Part shown: piece by piece, positions 14,145 through 29,345 of the stretch
How the letters are laid out: the number at the start of each line of letters is the position of its first letter
Position numbering within the stretch: position 1 is the first letter of the stretch
Source of the DNA: the human T2T-CHM13v2.0 reference genome, Homo sapiens
Strand: one strand, 5' to 3'
Assembly: GCF_009914755.1 (NCBI RefSeq)
Contig: NC_060930.1
Length of the DNA: 64,000 bases
Made by a program: the position numbers and the translations under genes
Notes under the pieces: generated by a model
Told to the model about the DNA's origin: nothing
The model's input: the letters and a program-made list of their open reading frames with translations, nothing else
Databases searched by the model: none

Positions 14145-15002
14145 TTAAAGGAGCTTGATGGAGCTTTGAGAATACCAAGACTTGGGCACAAGCTGCATCT
14201 TCTTATTTTAGATTGGGTAGCACTGTCCACTGATCTTTAACTATTATTATTGCTATTATCTCTGACCCTGAATACTGTGCCATTCTTTCTTTAAAGCCGA
14301 TTTGAAGCTTTAAATTACTACAGTATTTTCAGTTGTGTGGAAGAGTAAGAGTTATCCACTGTAGTGCCAAACTTAGTCTTTTGCCACCTGATGGGAATTG
14401 ACATTTGGTGTGCTCTAGTACTTACTTCTTACCTGTCACGCATAGCATCAGAGGTTTTAATTGCTTTATTTGCATACAGTTAATGAGGGTAGTATAGTTG
14501 GATAATCTAAGTAACCAAGTTAGTTATGTATTGAATTAGCCAATTAAGCCAGGTAATCCCTCTGAAATGTTTTTTGTTAATAAGAAAGAAGATGATAATG
14601 AAACGATTCATCTTTGGTTCCAATCCAAGTATAGTATCCTGCTGGGATAATGGCTTTGGGGCAGCGCAGTCTAACAGCTGGTTAGTTAATAAGCTTTCAG
14701 CAGCAAAGTGATTGTAAATAAACAGAATTGGACTCTAGCTTTGAAATAATACTTATCACTAGCTATTGATCTCTGTTAAGTTCTGTGTGAAACTATATGT
14801 ACACACACATATGCATATCACAGTATGGATGTGTATGAGTGTTAAGTGCTTTAGGTATAAAGTTTGAGTTGTTGAAAAGGTCTTCATTCTGTGTAGTGGG
14901 TAATTGTTAGCAAGACACTACTTAAAACACTGCTTAAATTAAGTCTCACTCACATGCGTGTGTGCTGTAGCTAATAGTATCAGTGATCTTTGATCAGTTT
15001 GT

Positions 15003-15365
15003 TAGGGAACAGTGTAGCAAAATGAATACTACCTGGAAATCCAGAGATCTAAATTGGAATGAAGGCTCTGCCACTGTCAAGCTTTATTACTGTGAGAGGT
15101 AGCATCTTCCTAAAGATCCCTCCCCATTCCCCTTTGCCAAGTAGATTAACAGTTCCCTTTCTTGGGCCACGACAAAATTTTTGTACTCACGTCTGTTTGC
15201 TTCTATTAGAGAAGTAATTTTGGTGTTTTGCAGTGTTGGTACATTTTTCTCTCTCCCTCCTTTACTGGGATAGGAACTCTTTGAAGGCAGTGACCATGTT
15301 TTCTGTTTGTTTTCACTGTCTTGCCATATAGAGGGCAGTCAGTGAATATATGCTAAATGAACAGA
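15003..15365 (+). mobile_element. MIR fragment followed by an L2 3' end
   Basis: ggaaatccagagatctaaattggaat...ggctctgccact; aactctttgaaggcagtgaccatgt...gtcagtgaatatatgctaaatgaa. Confidence 0.65.
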
Positions 15366-16149
15366 TTTGTATATGAGAGCTAGAATAGAGTATCTTTAAC
15401 GACTTGATGATTTCTGCTTATAACTTGATATTTAGTAGGGGCAGTTATTTGATACAATTGGTCTGTCATATATTTAGTTGAAAGAATTACTTCTAAACCT
15501 GTCATTGGATTATGCTAGGTTACAAATTCCTAACATGACTGTGCTTGCAATGCACATCTGTGTGTTATTCCCTTAGTTTTTGACTTACTGAAAAATGATT
15601 CAGTCACATTCTGAATCTCAACAATGGAAGAAAGTGTATTTGTTCATGGCTTTATGAAACAAACGCTACAATTTGAAGGTAATTTTCTTATACCTTTAAA
15701 AATATATTTCTGATTATCAATCTTATCAAACCATTGATCATGTTAGTTACTGACATTGCTAAAATGAGCAATGATATCATCATTTTAAATTGTTTGAAAC
15801 TTCCAACCAAGATGTACATGCACAATCCAATATGTGATGAAATATTTAAAGGCATGAACATTAAAAAATAATTATATTTAATATAGAACTGTAATTTTGA
15901 AACTTGAACACGAGGATTACTTTACATCCTCCATGTCTGTGTATATATAAGGATGAATCTTGGTCTGGATGTGAACCTTGGAAGACAGCAATTTGGGGAC
16001 TGAATTCAATACTTGGATTATTTCATTTTCCCATGTGCTTAATTAATAGGCCATGCATCATACTACTGGTGAGAGAAAATGCACCAGACATGTTTTATTC
16101 TGGCATTTGTGTGATTCTTTGTTTAATTACTGTATATTTTTATTTATTG

Positions 16150-16460
16150 TCTTATTTAAGTTTTAATGTTACTTGTGATTATGAAATATATCCACACAAT
16201 TAAGAATTCAAAAGTTGCAAAAGCTTCTGTAAAGTTGATTACACACCCTTGGCCTTATTCATTCACCAACTTCCCCTCTTCTCAGGCAACTAATTTTGTT
16301 ACCAGTATCTTAATATATTTCCAGCAATATTATATCCATAGTAATTGCATCCACACAGAAACATATATTTTCTTTTAAAAAACTTAAAATAGTAACATAA
16401 TACATGATTTTCTGCATCTGCCTTTTTAAATCTAATGATGTATAATAGAGATTTCTTAGA
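16150..16460 (-). mobile_element. L1ME-like 3' UTR relic
   Basis: ttctcaggcaactaattttgttaccagt...ttctgcatctgcctttttaaatctaat; highly diverged. Confidence 0.45.
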
Positions 16461-18789
16461 TTTTATAGTTGAAAAAACTAGATTCAGCCAAAACAGGGGC
16501 TTAGGCTGTATAAAATATACAACTTTTTGGTGGTCTATTCATATATATTTGTATTTGTAGCTGTTATTCTTACATTTATATTTTATTCACATACATTTAT
16601 ATCTGTATATTTTTTGGTCTATTTAATCATCATGCATTTAGTCATGACATATTCAGTATAATCAACTTTTCCTTTCAAATTGATTGTGGGGAAGGGAAGC
16701 AAAGGCCAAGTGTTTGTAGGCATGGTATAAGTTTAAACTTTAGGCTTCCAAACCCAAATTTCTATTAAGAACAGAATGACTATGTTATTCTAGAATCCAG
16801 AAACTATAATGTAATGAAGAATCATTGAAAGAAATGAGCATGCAATTATTGTCCTCAAGTAATTTAATGTCTATTAGATAAAAAGGAATTAGACTTATGT
16901 GCCTTTGGAAGGCATAGCTAGAACTAAACTGAGGTATAGAATATATAATTTCTTGTTCCCCTGACTTTAAGCATAGTAATTTTCCAAAATGGAATGGGTT
17001 GTCTTGTGAAGTACAGAGCAGACATGAGAATAGTCACTTTTCTGAGACATTATTGTACAAGGGATCCCTGTATCATAGAAATGAACTAGATAACCATTTA
17101 GGGTTCTCAACCCTCAGACGCCCTACTCCAGACCAGTGCTCCTTATCAGGCCTTGCCAAATCTCTTGGGGCTATTAATGGCTAAAACTTCTCCTTTGTCA
17201 CGCAATTCCCTATAGGAGGAGCAATACAGAGTGAGCACCCATGTCAATAGCTACTTACACCTGTAGGCTGAGGTGAATGGTTACATACCAACAAATAAGT
17301 AGAACAGAAATAAAGTGGATAAAATATTTCAGACCCAAACAACGCTATTTCATGCAGAAGGAAATAGTCCAAGCAGAAACAGTTTTCCCCATTAAGAGCA
17401 CATAGCTGTGTATGTCAATCTTAATGCATGTATAGTGAGTAGTAGGACAAGAAAGCCTTTGTTGGGGATGACTAGTTTCTTTTCAGCTTTTATTTTAGAT
17501 ACAGGGGGTACATGTGCAGTTTTGTTACCTGGGTATATTGTACCCAGGTAGTGAGCATAGTACCCAAGAGGTAGTTTTTCAATCCACATCCCCTCCCCCA
17601 CTCTAGTAATCTGCAGTTTGCATTGTTCCCATGTTTATGATGTGCTCAATATTTAGCTCCCACGTACAAGTGACAACACATGGTATTTGGTTTTCTGTTC
17701 CAGCATTAATTGGCTTAGGATTATGGCCTCCAGCTCCATCTATGTTGCTGCAAAGGATATGATTTTGTTCTTTCTTATGTCTACATGAAATTCCATGATG
17801 TATATCATATGTATATCATATACCACATTTTCTTTATCTAACCCACCATTGATGGGCGCCTGGGTTGATTCCATGTCTTTGCTATTGTGGAGAGTGTGAC
17901 TATGAACATACAAGTGCATATGTCTTTTTGGTATAATGATCTAATTTTCCTTGGGTTTATGCTCAGTAATGGGATTGCTGGGTCGGATGGTAGCTCTATT
18001 TTAAGTTGTTTGAGAAATCTCCAAGCTGCTTCCCACAATGGTTTAACTAATCTACATCCCCACTAACAGTGTGTAAGCATTCCCTTTTCTCCACAGCCAT
18101 GCCAGCATGTGTTGTTTTTTAACTTTTTAATAATAACAATTCTGACTGGTGTGAGTAGGTATCTCATTGTGGTTTTAGTTTGTACTTGTCTGATGATTGG
18201 TGATGATGAGCATTTTTTCATCTGTTTGTGGTTGCTTATATGTTTCTTTTGAGAAGTGTCTGTTGCGTCCTTTGCCCATTTTTTTAAATGGGGCTATTTG
18301 GTTTTTGCTTGTTGATTTGTTTAAGTTCCTTATAGATTCTTATTATTAGACCTTTGTTGGATATGTAGTTTGTGAATGTTTTCTCCCATTCTGTAGGTTG
18401 TCTCTTTACTCTGTTGATAGTTTCTTTTGGCTGTACAGAAGCTCTTTAGTTCAATTAAGTCCCACTTATCAATTTTTTTTTTTTTGCAATCGCTTTTGGG
18501 GACTTAGTCAAAAGTTCTTTGCTAAGTCCTGTGCCGAGAAGGGTATTTCCTAGGTTTCCTTCTAGGGTTTTAATAGTTTGAGGTCTTATATTTAAATCTT
18601 TAATAAAATTTGAGTTAATTTTTGTATACAGTGAAATGTATGGGTCCAGTTTCATTCTTCTGCATATTTCTAGCCAGTTATTCCAGCACCATTTATTAAA
18701 TACAGATTCCTTTCCGTATTGCTTGTTTCAGTTGGCCTTGTTGAAGATCAGATGGTTATAGGTGTGCAGCTTTATTTCTGAGTTCCCTA

Positions 18790-18927
<138 letters not shown>

Positions 18928-19749
18928 TCAGCCTCCTTTTTGTTTCCATTTTGGAATAGTTTTTTCTAATTCTATGAAGAATGACGTTGGTAGTTTAATG
19001 GAAATAGCATTGAATCTGTAAATTGCTTTGGGCAGTATGGCTATTTTAACAATATTGATTCTTCCAGTCTATGAGCATGCAATGTTTTTACATTTATCTG
19101 TGTTGTCTCTGATTTCTATCAGCAATATTTTGTAGTTCTCCTTGTAGAGATCTTTCACTTCCTTGGTTAGCTGTATTCCTAGGTATTTCATTTTCTTAGT
19201 GGCCATTGTTAAGTGGGATTGTGTTCTTGATTTGACTCTTTGCCTGGACATTATTGGTGTATAGAAATGCTACTGATTTTTCTACATTGATTTTGTATCC
19301 TGAAACTTTATTAAAGTTGTTTGTCAGTTCTAGGACTCTTTTGATGGAGTATTCAGAGTTTTCCAAGTATAGAATCATGTTGTCAGTGAACAGAGATAGT
19401 TTGACGACTTCTTTTCCTACTTGGATGCCTTTTATTTCTTTATCTTGCTTGATTGCTCTGACTAGGACTTCCAGTACTATGTTGAATGGGAGTAGAGAGA
19501 GTGGGCATATTTGTCTCGTTCCAGTTCTCAAGGGGAATGATTCCAGCTTTTTCCCATTCAGTATGATGCTGGCTGTGGGTTTGTCATAGTTGGCTCTTAT
19601 TATTTTGAGGTATGTTCCTTCAATGCCTAGTCTGTGGAGGGTTTTTATAATGAAGGGATGTTGAGTTTTATCAAAAGCTTTTAATATATCTATTGAGATG
19701 ATCATAGGGTTTCTGCTTTTCTGTTTATGTGGTGAATCACATTTATTGA

Positions 19750-20111
<362 letters not shown>

Positions 20112-20920
20112 TGAATTAGCTTTTTGATGTGCTGCTAGATTCAGTTTGCTAGTATTTTGTTGAGGTTTTTCGCATCTATGTTTGTCAGGGATATTGGCTT
20201 CAAGTTTTTTTTTTTTTTTCACTGACAGATGAAAAGACAGATTGAAATTTGATGAAATTTCAGATGAAATTTTAGATTTTCAGATGAAAATTGACAGATT
20301 TTGGCATGAGGATGATACTGGCTTCATAGAACGAGTTAGGGAGGAGCCTCTCCTATTTGATTTTTTGGAATAGTTTTAGTAGGATTGGTACCAGTTATGT
20401 GTATGTCTTGTAGAATTTGGCTGTGAATCCATCTGTTCTAGGGCTTTTGTTGGCTGTTAGGTTTTTATTACTGATTCAGTTTTGGAGTTTGTTATTGTTC
20501 TGTTCATGTTTTCACTTTCTCCCTTGTTCAATCTTTGAAGGTTGTATGTTTTCAAGAATTTATCCATTTCCCCTAGATTTCTAATTTGTGTGAGTAGAGA
20601 TGTTCATAATAGTCTCTGAAGGTCTTTTGTATTTCTGTGGGATCAGTCTTGTCATTTCTGATTGCACTTATTTGGATGTTCTCTGTTTTTTTCTTAGTTT
20701 ATCTAGCTAACAGTCTTTAAATTTTGTTTATTCTTTTGAATTACAAACTTAGTTTCATTGATCTTTTGTATGGACTTTTGCATCTCAATTTTGTGTAGTT
20801 CTTTTCTGATTCTGATTTTAGTTATTTCTTTTTATCTACTAGTATTGGAATTGGTTTTTCCTTTTTTTTTTCCAGTTCCTTTAGATGTGATTTTAGATCA
20901 TTAATTTGAGATCTTTCTAA

Positions 20921-21229
20921 CTTCTTCTTCTTCTTCTTTTTTTTTTTGAGAGACAGTCTCCCTCTCTTGCCCTGGCTGGAGTGGAGTGGCATGCTCTTGG
21001 CTCACTGCAACCTCTGCCTCTCGGATTCAAGTGATTTGCCTTCCTCAGCCTGCCAAGTAGCTGCAATTACAGGCACCTGCCGCCATGCGCAGGTAATTTT
21101 TGTATTTCTAGTAGAGATGGGGTTTCACTATGTTGGCCAGGCTGGTCTTGATCTCCTGACCTCAAGTGATCAACCTGCCTCGGCCTCCCAAAGTGCTGGG
21201 ATTACAGGCCTGAGCCACCATGCCCAGCC
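20921..21229 (-). mobile_element. Alu (AluS) inside L1 ORF2, with (CTT)n tail
   Basis: Full dimer; TSD tctttcta. Confidence 0.95.
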
Positions 21230-22434
21230 TCTTTCTACTTCTTGATGAAGGTGTTTAGCACTAAATTTTCCTCTGAACACTGCTTTAGCTGTACCCCAAA
21301 GATAATGGTAAGTTCTGTCTTGGTTTTCATTAATTTTAAATAATGTTTTTTATTTCTGCCTTGATTTCATTGTTCATCCAAGAGTTATTCAGGAGAAGTT
21401 TGTTTAACTTTCATGTTTTTGTGTAGTTTTGAGAGATCTTCTTGGTATTGATTTCTATTTTTATTGCACTAATCCGAGAGTGTGCTTGGTACGATTTCAA
21501 TTTTTTTGGAAGTCAAGACTTGCTTTATGACCAAGCATGTGGTCAATCTTAGAATATGTTCTGTGTGCAGATGAGAAGAATATATATTCTGTGGTTTGGG
21601 GGTGGAGTATTCTGTAGATGTCTATTAGGTCCAGTTGTTCAAGTGTCAGGTTTATGACCAGAATTTCTTTGTTAGTTTTCTGCCTCAATGATCTGTCCAG
21701 TGCTGTCAAATAGTGTTAAAATCCCCTATTATTATTCTGTGACTGGTCAAGTCTTTTTGTAGGTCAAGAAGATCTTTTTTTTTTATGAATCTTCGTGCTC
21801 CAGTGTTTGGTGGATATGTATTTAGGATAGTTAAGTCTTCTTTTTGAATGGAACCCTTTATCATTTTGTAATGCCCTTCTTTGTGCTTCTTGATTGTTAT
21901 TGATTTAAAGTCTGTTTTATATGACATAAACATAGTGATTCCTGCTCTTTTTTGTTTTCTGTTTGCATGGTAGATCTTTCTCCCTTTACTTTGGGCCTTG
22001 TGTTTTTATCTACTTTGCCACCCTGTGCCTTTGAAGTGGGACATTTAAACCATTTACATTCAGGATTAATATTGATATGTAAGGTTATGATTATGTCATC
22101 ATATTGTTATCTGGTTGTTTTGTAGACTTGGTTGTATAATTGCTTTGTATTTTCTGTGGGCTATGTACTTGAGTGTGTTTTTGTGCTGGCAGGTATCAAT
22201 CTTTCATTTCTATGTTTAGCACTCCCTTAAGGATCTCTCGTAAGGTTGGTCTGGTGGCAATGAATTCCCTTAATGTTTGCTTTTCTGAGAAGAATTTTAT
22301 TTCTCCTTTGCTTATGAAGCTTAGTTTGGAGGGATATGAAATTCTTTTGGCTGGAATTTCTTTTCTTTGAGGATGTTTCCTTTCTGGCTTATAAGGCTTC
22401 TGCTGAGATGCCTGCTGATGGTTTCCTGAGATTC

Positions 22435-22736
22435 TTTTTTTGTTTGTTTGTTTTGAGACAGAGTCTTGCTTTGTCACCCATGCTGGGGTATAGTGACATG
22501 ATCTTGTCTCACTGCAAACTTTGCCTCCTGGGTCCAAGCAATTCTCCTGCCTCAGCCTCCCAAGCAGCTGGGATTACAGGCATGTGCCACCATACCCATC
22601 TAATTTTTGTATTTTTAGTAGAGACGGGGTTTTGTCACGTTGCCCAGGCTGGTCTCAAACCCCTGAGCTCAGGCAATCCACCCGCCTCAGCCTCCCAAAG
22701 TGCTGGGATTACAGGCGTAAGCCACTGTGCCCGGCC
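22435..22736 (-). mobile_element. Alu (AluS) inside L1 ORF1
   Basis: Full dimer; TSD gagattct. Confidence 0.95.
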
Positions 22737-24774
22737 GAGATTCTCTTTATAAGTGACCTGACCTTTCTCTCTAGATGCCTTTAAGGTTTTCCCTTTTGCA
22801 TTGACCTTGGTGAATCTTATGACTATGTATCTTGGAGATGGTCATCTTGTACAGTAGCTCACAGGGGTTCTCTGTATTTCTTGAATTTGCGTGTCCACCC
22901 CTCTAGTGAGACTGAGGAAGTTTTCATGGACTATATCCTTAAATATGTTTGTCAAGTTGTTTACTCCCTCTTCTCTCTCAGAAATGTCAATGAGTCATAG
23001 ATTTGGTCTCTTTATATAATCTCATATTTATTGGAGGTTTTGTTCATTTTTTGAAATTCCTTTTTCTGTATTTTTGTCTGACTGGGTTGACTTGAAGAGC
23101 TTGCTTTTGAGCTCTGAGATTCTTTTGTCAGCTTGGTCTATTCTGTCATTAATGTTTCTGACTATATTATGAAATTTTTATAGTGAATTCTTTAATTCCA
23201 GAAGTTCAGTTTGGTTCTTTCTTAAAAATGACTATTTTACCTCTCAGGTCTTGAATCATTTTACTGGATTCCTTGGATTGTTTTTCAACTTTCTCCTGGG
23301 TCTCGATTAGCTTCCTTGCCATCCAGATTCTGAATTCTATCTCTGTCATTACAATAATTTTAGTCTGGTTAAGAACTATTGCCTGGGGACTAGTGCATTT
23401 GTTTGGAGGTAAGGGGACACTCTGGCTTTTTCAGTTGCCGGAAAAAGCCAGAGTGTCTTGCATTTGTTCTTTCTCATCTGAGAGAGCTGGTGTTCCTTTA
23501 ACTGTGATGTAAGATAAATATAGTCAGTTGGCTTCATTTCTAGGTACTTTCAGAGTGCAAGGCTCTATATAGGATCTTTATTTGTGGCTGGATTTTTGCC
23601 TAGGGTTTCAGAGACACTGTGTACTGGCAAAATATTTTTGGCATTGTAATTTGGACTGTGATCCAGTAGATGGCACTTAATAGTGAAGGCTGGCAGATAG
23701 GTTCTTTCTCAGTCATGTGGCTCTTTTGTATTTTAGCACGTTCTCGGTAGTGCTGTATGATGGCGGGGGAGAGAGATGACATCTTTACAGGTTTGCTCCA
23801 GAGCCTTGGAGGAGCCTCCTCTGATAACTGGTGCCACACTCACGTTTCTTTCCCTCAGGGAGAGGCCATGGTTGGCAGACAGGCCATACCTTTTCCTGGA
23901 TGGCCCTGCAGAAGGAGGCATATCTTGTTCCCCCATCGGCCCATGAATTCACGTGTCTCACTCCTCTCAGTGTTCTGGGAGTGGGGGCTCCTCCCCTGCT
24001 TGGGTGCCACCCATACCAATAAGTCTTGTCTGGCTAGGAGCAGCAGGGGTGGATGAAATAGCATGGACTGTTGTCCAGGTGTTTCCCAGAAGAACACAGA
24101 ACTGTGTCACCTGGCAGAGTTCAGGTAGGAGTGGGGCTGCTGTGCTGACACCTAAGCCAGAAAGTTCTGCCTGACTAGCAGTAGTGGGGGTTGGTAGAGT
24201 TGTGCAGTCTGCTGTCCAAATGTTTACCCTACTTCCTTGATTTACTCTTTGTTTTATGAAATCATGAATTCTCATCTTTATGACTTTGAAGAGTGGCAAC
24301 ACATGCCATCCAGCAAGCCTTTGGAGGGCAGAATTGATGACTAGGAACATCTGGAAACGTTGTGACCCTATCACAGTGTCTTGGTCAATTAAATTATTTT
24401 TTGAATTCATAATAAATCACAAGCCCAATCAAGGCCAATTTCTTCAGTGTCATATATGAATATTTATAATATTCATTATTATTGATAGAAGTACCCCTAC
24501 TAGTAGTGTTTCCCCTTTTGTGCCTTTCTTTGTTTTGTTTCAGTAGCTTAGATTGTATCTTTTTTTTCTGTTTTTTTTTTTCTCCAAATTCTACAATCCT
24601 TCAAAGTTTGGATCAACTATTTTACACCTAATTATTGCCTCTTTCTCTGCCTGATTCAAATACCTTAGTACTTGTTTCTTACAATTTGTACTTAAATATC
24701 ACTGCAATGATTTATATATGTAATAAAATATATATATTGCATATATATATATAATATGGAACCTGTGTAGTGAT

Positions 24775-25250
24775 TTGCACAAAATGTGAGCAGAAAGTAC
24801 AGAGTTCCCATATACTGATCCATTATTATTAACTAAAGTTTATGTTAGAGTCCACTCTTTTACATTATAAGTTTGGACAAATGTGTAGTGACATGTATTC
24901 ATCAGTACACTATTGTACAAGTAGTTTTGTTGCCCTAAAAATTTCTTGTGCCCCACCTATTTATCCCTCCTTCCCCTGAACCCTTGGCAACAACTGATCT
25001 TTTTACTGTCTCCATAGTTTTGCCTTGTTCAGAAGGTCATATAGTTGGAATCATACAGTATATATCCTTTTTAGATAGGCTTTTTTTTTTTTTGCTTAGC
25101 AATATGCATTTAAAATTCCTACATGTCTTTTGCTGGCTTGATTGTTCATTCCTTTTTATTGTTGAATAAAATTCCATGGCATGGCATGGCACGGCATGGA
25201 TGTGCCACTGTTTGTGTATTCACCTATTAAAGGATATTTCTGTTATTTCT
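24775..25250 (-). mobile_element. L1MC-like 3' end
   Basis: gagcagaaagtacagagttcccatatac...actgatctttttactgtctccatagttttgcc. Confidence 0.8.
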
Positions 25251-25637
25251 TAAAGAATAATCTTTTTTTTTTTTATTGCAGGGTTTAAAAATTGCTTTAG
25301 TGCAGGGGTAGAAACTAAAACTTATGTAGTTTATTATTTCTAGAAACCAGAGAAATCAGAAAATATGCCTTATAGTTAAGCATTCAGTTAAAATTTCTTT
25401 AGCTCTTCTGAGGTCAATGCCTATATTACATCAATATATGACAATATTTACATTTTAAAAATAAATACATTATTATAATAATTAGAAATAGAAGCGTTAA
25501 AATTTTTTTTTGTTTTCTGCATAAACAAGATTTCCCAAAGCATGACAGTATAGAGAGAAGTCTTCTTTTTTCCTTAAATGTTTCTTGAATGTTTATCTCT
25601 TTGTTATGTTCCCCAAGTTGTTAGAACTTTTAAAATA

Positions 25638-26011
25638 TGCTATGGTTTGAATGTTTTGTCCCACCCAGGATTTCTGTGTTGAAACTGAATCCCCAATATG
25701 ACAGTATTAAAAGATGAGAGTCTTTGGGAAGTGATTAATTCACAAAGGTGTAGCCTTTATGAATGGATTAATGCCGTTGTAAAAGAGGCTTCAGAGAGCT
25801 ACCTGACTGCCTTTCCCTTCCATCTTCCCCCATGTGAGAATGCAGTAGCAAAGTGTCATCAATGAGGAATGGTGCCTCACCAGAAACTGATTTTGCGACT
25901 GCCTTGATCTTGGACTTCTCAGCCTCTAGAACTATGATAAAATAAAATTCTATTATTATAAATTACCCAGTCTTTAGCATTCTGTTATAAAACCACAAAT
26001 GAACTGAGATA
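25638..26011 (+). mobile_element. MST/MLT1A-like MaLR solo LTR
   Basis: tgctatggtttgaatgt...ccttgatcttggacttctcagcctctagaact...ataaattacccagtc. Confidence 0.9.
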
Positions 26012-26039
26012 AATGTATATTTTGTTAAGGCTTGTATTA

Positions 26040-26400
26040 CAGAATCCTAGAATGCAAAAAAAAAAAAAAAAAAAAAAGGGAGGGTCTGAGGGCCATCTGG
26101 TCCATTTGGTATCCAATATCTGAATTTCTTCTCTGACATGATATGCAGGTGGTCTTATAATATATGTTTGGACATTTCCAATGATAGGAAAATTACTGTC
26201 TTGTAAGTCAACTGGCTTCAGTTTTTTAGATAACTCTAATTGTTAGAAAGGTCTTTCTTTTATTCAACTAAACTGTTTTCCCATAATTTCTAACCATTCA
26301 TTCTAATTCTACTCCATGAATAATAAAGGATAAATTTAATCTTTTCCCCAATGATAGCCCTTTAAATATTCAAAAGATAGCTAGAATGTCACTTTCCATA
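26040..26400 (-). mobile_element. L3/CR1 3' fragment
   Basis: agataactctaattgttagaaaggtctttc...tgatagccctttaaatatt. Confidence 0.7.
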
Positions 26401-26814
26401 TTAAACTTCTTAAGCACCTTATCATGTTAGACATTTTCGCCTGAATGATTTTGCTGAATGGTTTTTGTAGCTCTCTAAAAACATTTTGTGGATGCATACT
26501 TATATTCTTTTTTCATTCATTCATTCAGTAACTATTTTTTGAGTGCCTGCTACCTGCCAGACACTGTGTTAAGAATTGGGCATATAATGGTAAACTAGAC
26601 AACAGCTGGCCCTTCCATCATGCAACATGCAGGGGACAAGGATAGAGATTAATGGGGTGGCGAAAGCAAGGTATTCAGGGAAGGTCAGCCAGGAGGGAAA
26701 CCTCCCAGACAGATGTATGGACATGTGAAAGAACTTGGAGGTAAAAAGGAGTTTAGCAAATTCTAGGAACTGAAAGAAGATGACTGGGACTAGAATGCAG
26801 TGAGAAAAGGTGTA

Positions 26815-27446
26815 TGTGGTGGCTTTGAAATAATTACCACTATACATTATATGTATTGAAACATCGCTGTATACCTCATAAGTATGTATGCACAATTATT
26901 TTTCAATTAAAAAATAAAAAGAAATTGTAAAAACGTCTGCAAATTCTTTCCTAAGATGGCACCTAATGTCCATCTCTTATATCTGGGCTGGACTCAGTGG
27001 TTCTTTCCTAGTGAATAGAATGTGGTAGAAGTGATGCTATGTGATTTCTGAGGTTAGGCCATTAAAAAGAACAGCTTCAGCTTCTACGTGACTCGCTTGC
27101 TGTTGGATCTCTCATTCTGGGAAAAGTCGGCTGCTATGTTGTGGGGACTTGCAGCAGCCTGCAGAGAATCCCATGTGCAAGGAGCTTGAGGCCTCTGCCA
27201 ACAGCAAACATTAATTTGTGAATGTGAATGAACCACTGTGGAAGTGGATCCACCTGCTCCAGTTAAGCCTTCCATTGACTGTAGCCCCAGTCGACATCAC
27301 ATCTACAACTTCATGAGACACCCCCCAAACCAGGACCACCCAGCTAAGCCACTTCTGAATTCCTGACCCAAAGGAACTGGGAGATATTTATTGTCATTTT
27401 AAACCACTAAATATTGAGGTAATTTGTTATGCAGATAAATGATACA
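26815..27446 (+). mobile_element. MLT1F-like LTR containing a short L1 3' tail (~26830-26922)
   Basis: agaatgtggtagaagtgatg...ccacccagctaagccac...aatttgttatgcagataaatgataca. Confidence 0.85.
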
Positions 27447-27459
27447 GAAGAGAAGTGGC

Positions 27460-27800
27460 ACTTAGTTTGCTTCTGGCTTCAAATAACACAAGACCCAACT
27501 AAAGTTATGAGGAGTTTATTTTGTCCCATAATAAGAGGTGCACAGGTAGTATACCCGCAGCACTGGTCAAGTCAGTGGCCCAGTCAACACCCAGGTCCTC
27601 ACCATCTTTCTGCTCTGTTATTCTTGCTATGTCGATGATGTCTCCTCACAGAACCACAAAGCAGCAGCAGCTTCAGCCATCCCCTGGGCCAGACAGGCAT
27701 TTCCTCCTGTGTCTTTTCATAGATGAAGAAAATCTTCCCCTCATTCCTGGTGGTCAGAGCTGGATAAAATATCCACCCTTCAACCAATATCAGACAAATG
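27460..27800 (-). mobile_element. Old MLT1 (J/K-like) LTR fragment
   Basis: caaataacacaagacccaactaaag...ccatctttctgctctgttattctt. Confidence 0.6.
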
Positions 27801-27851
27801 ACACAGATCAGAATAAACAGAACATGCTGACGAATTGGATGTGAAGCATGA

Positions 27852-28350
<499 letters not shown>

Positions 28351-29124
28351 TAAATTGAGATGTCAGGGAGCAGTTGGATATTTACATTTGGAATGAAAAG
28401 AGGAGGTAAAGACATAAGCATAATGAGCCAAAAGATGAGTTTTGAATCCATGTAGCGGATTAGTCAACTGTGGGGGTGTGGATGAAAAGTGGCAGAGGAG
28501 GCCCAGAGCCAGGCTCTGAAGAACCCCCATACCCTAGCTTGGGGAAAGGAGGAGGTGGCAGCGAAGGGAGACCAGAAAAGTGGTCAGGAGGAAGAAAGGC
28601 AGAAAGTAATGTTGCCAGGGAAGCCACAAAGGGAGCAATTTCCAAGAAGGAGGGAGTGGTAATTGTTTCCCATTTGCCAAAAGGTTGAGCAGAATGAAGA
28701 TGTAAAAGTGACCTTTGGGTTTAGCACAGTAGTTTCTGTGGTGGGGGAAGAGGCAGATTCCTAAGGGGCTTATGAGTGAATAGGACATGAGGAAGTAGAG
28801 ACAGTGTGTAAATACAACTGCTTGGAGAAGTTGTCCTGGGAAGGAGCAAGGGTTGCTACAGTGGGGTGTTGGATCAAGGAGATGGAAGTAAGAGTAGGAG
28901 AGATTAGAGCACATCTTATGCCAGTGGGAACATTCCCATACAGAGAGAATGATTGATAATGCAGGAGGAACGAGGGACAGCGGAAGGAGTAAAATCCCTG
29001 CAAACAACATGCACACACGCATCTATGCATAGTCATACCTAACTTTAAGATTAATTAGTAGAATACAAATAGAATATTTGTATGTTGGGTCTGTTAACTA
29101 TTTTTTTGGCAAGGCAATTTTGCA

Positions 29125-29345
29125 AAGTGGCCAAGAACCCAGACCCCTAGACAGAGATTTTTAAATCAGCTGTGTGAACTTGGGATATTTGGGTTATTTA
29201 CTTAACCTCTCTGTGCTCCAGTTTCCGCATCAATAAAATGAAGATAGTAATTACAATACCTGCCTCATAGAGTTGTCAAAGTGACCTAAGTTAATGTACG
29301 TAAAGTATTCAGAGCAGCGCTGGTACAGGGAAAATGCTGTATGTC
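29125..29345 (+). mobile_element. MIR
   Basis: ttacttaacctctctgtgctccagtttccgcatc...tacctgcctcatagagttgt. Confidence 0.85.

Noticed and set aside
22336-22784. Alu-derived ORFs (also at 405, 10090, 13974, 20946, 28036, 40705, 51716)
   Set aside because: Typical Alu translation products, not genes
23967-24410. 147-aa ORF
   Set aside because: Mostly within the old L1 5'UTR; no recognisable similarity
26056-26077. Isolated A22 run as a possible tail-only retroinsertion
   Set aside because: No flanking TSD; slippage explains it
28534-29022. 162-aa minus-strand ORF
   Set aside because: Lies within a degenerate L2; no recognisable domain or splice context
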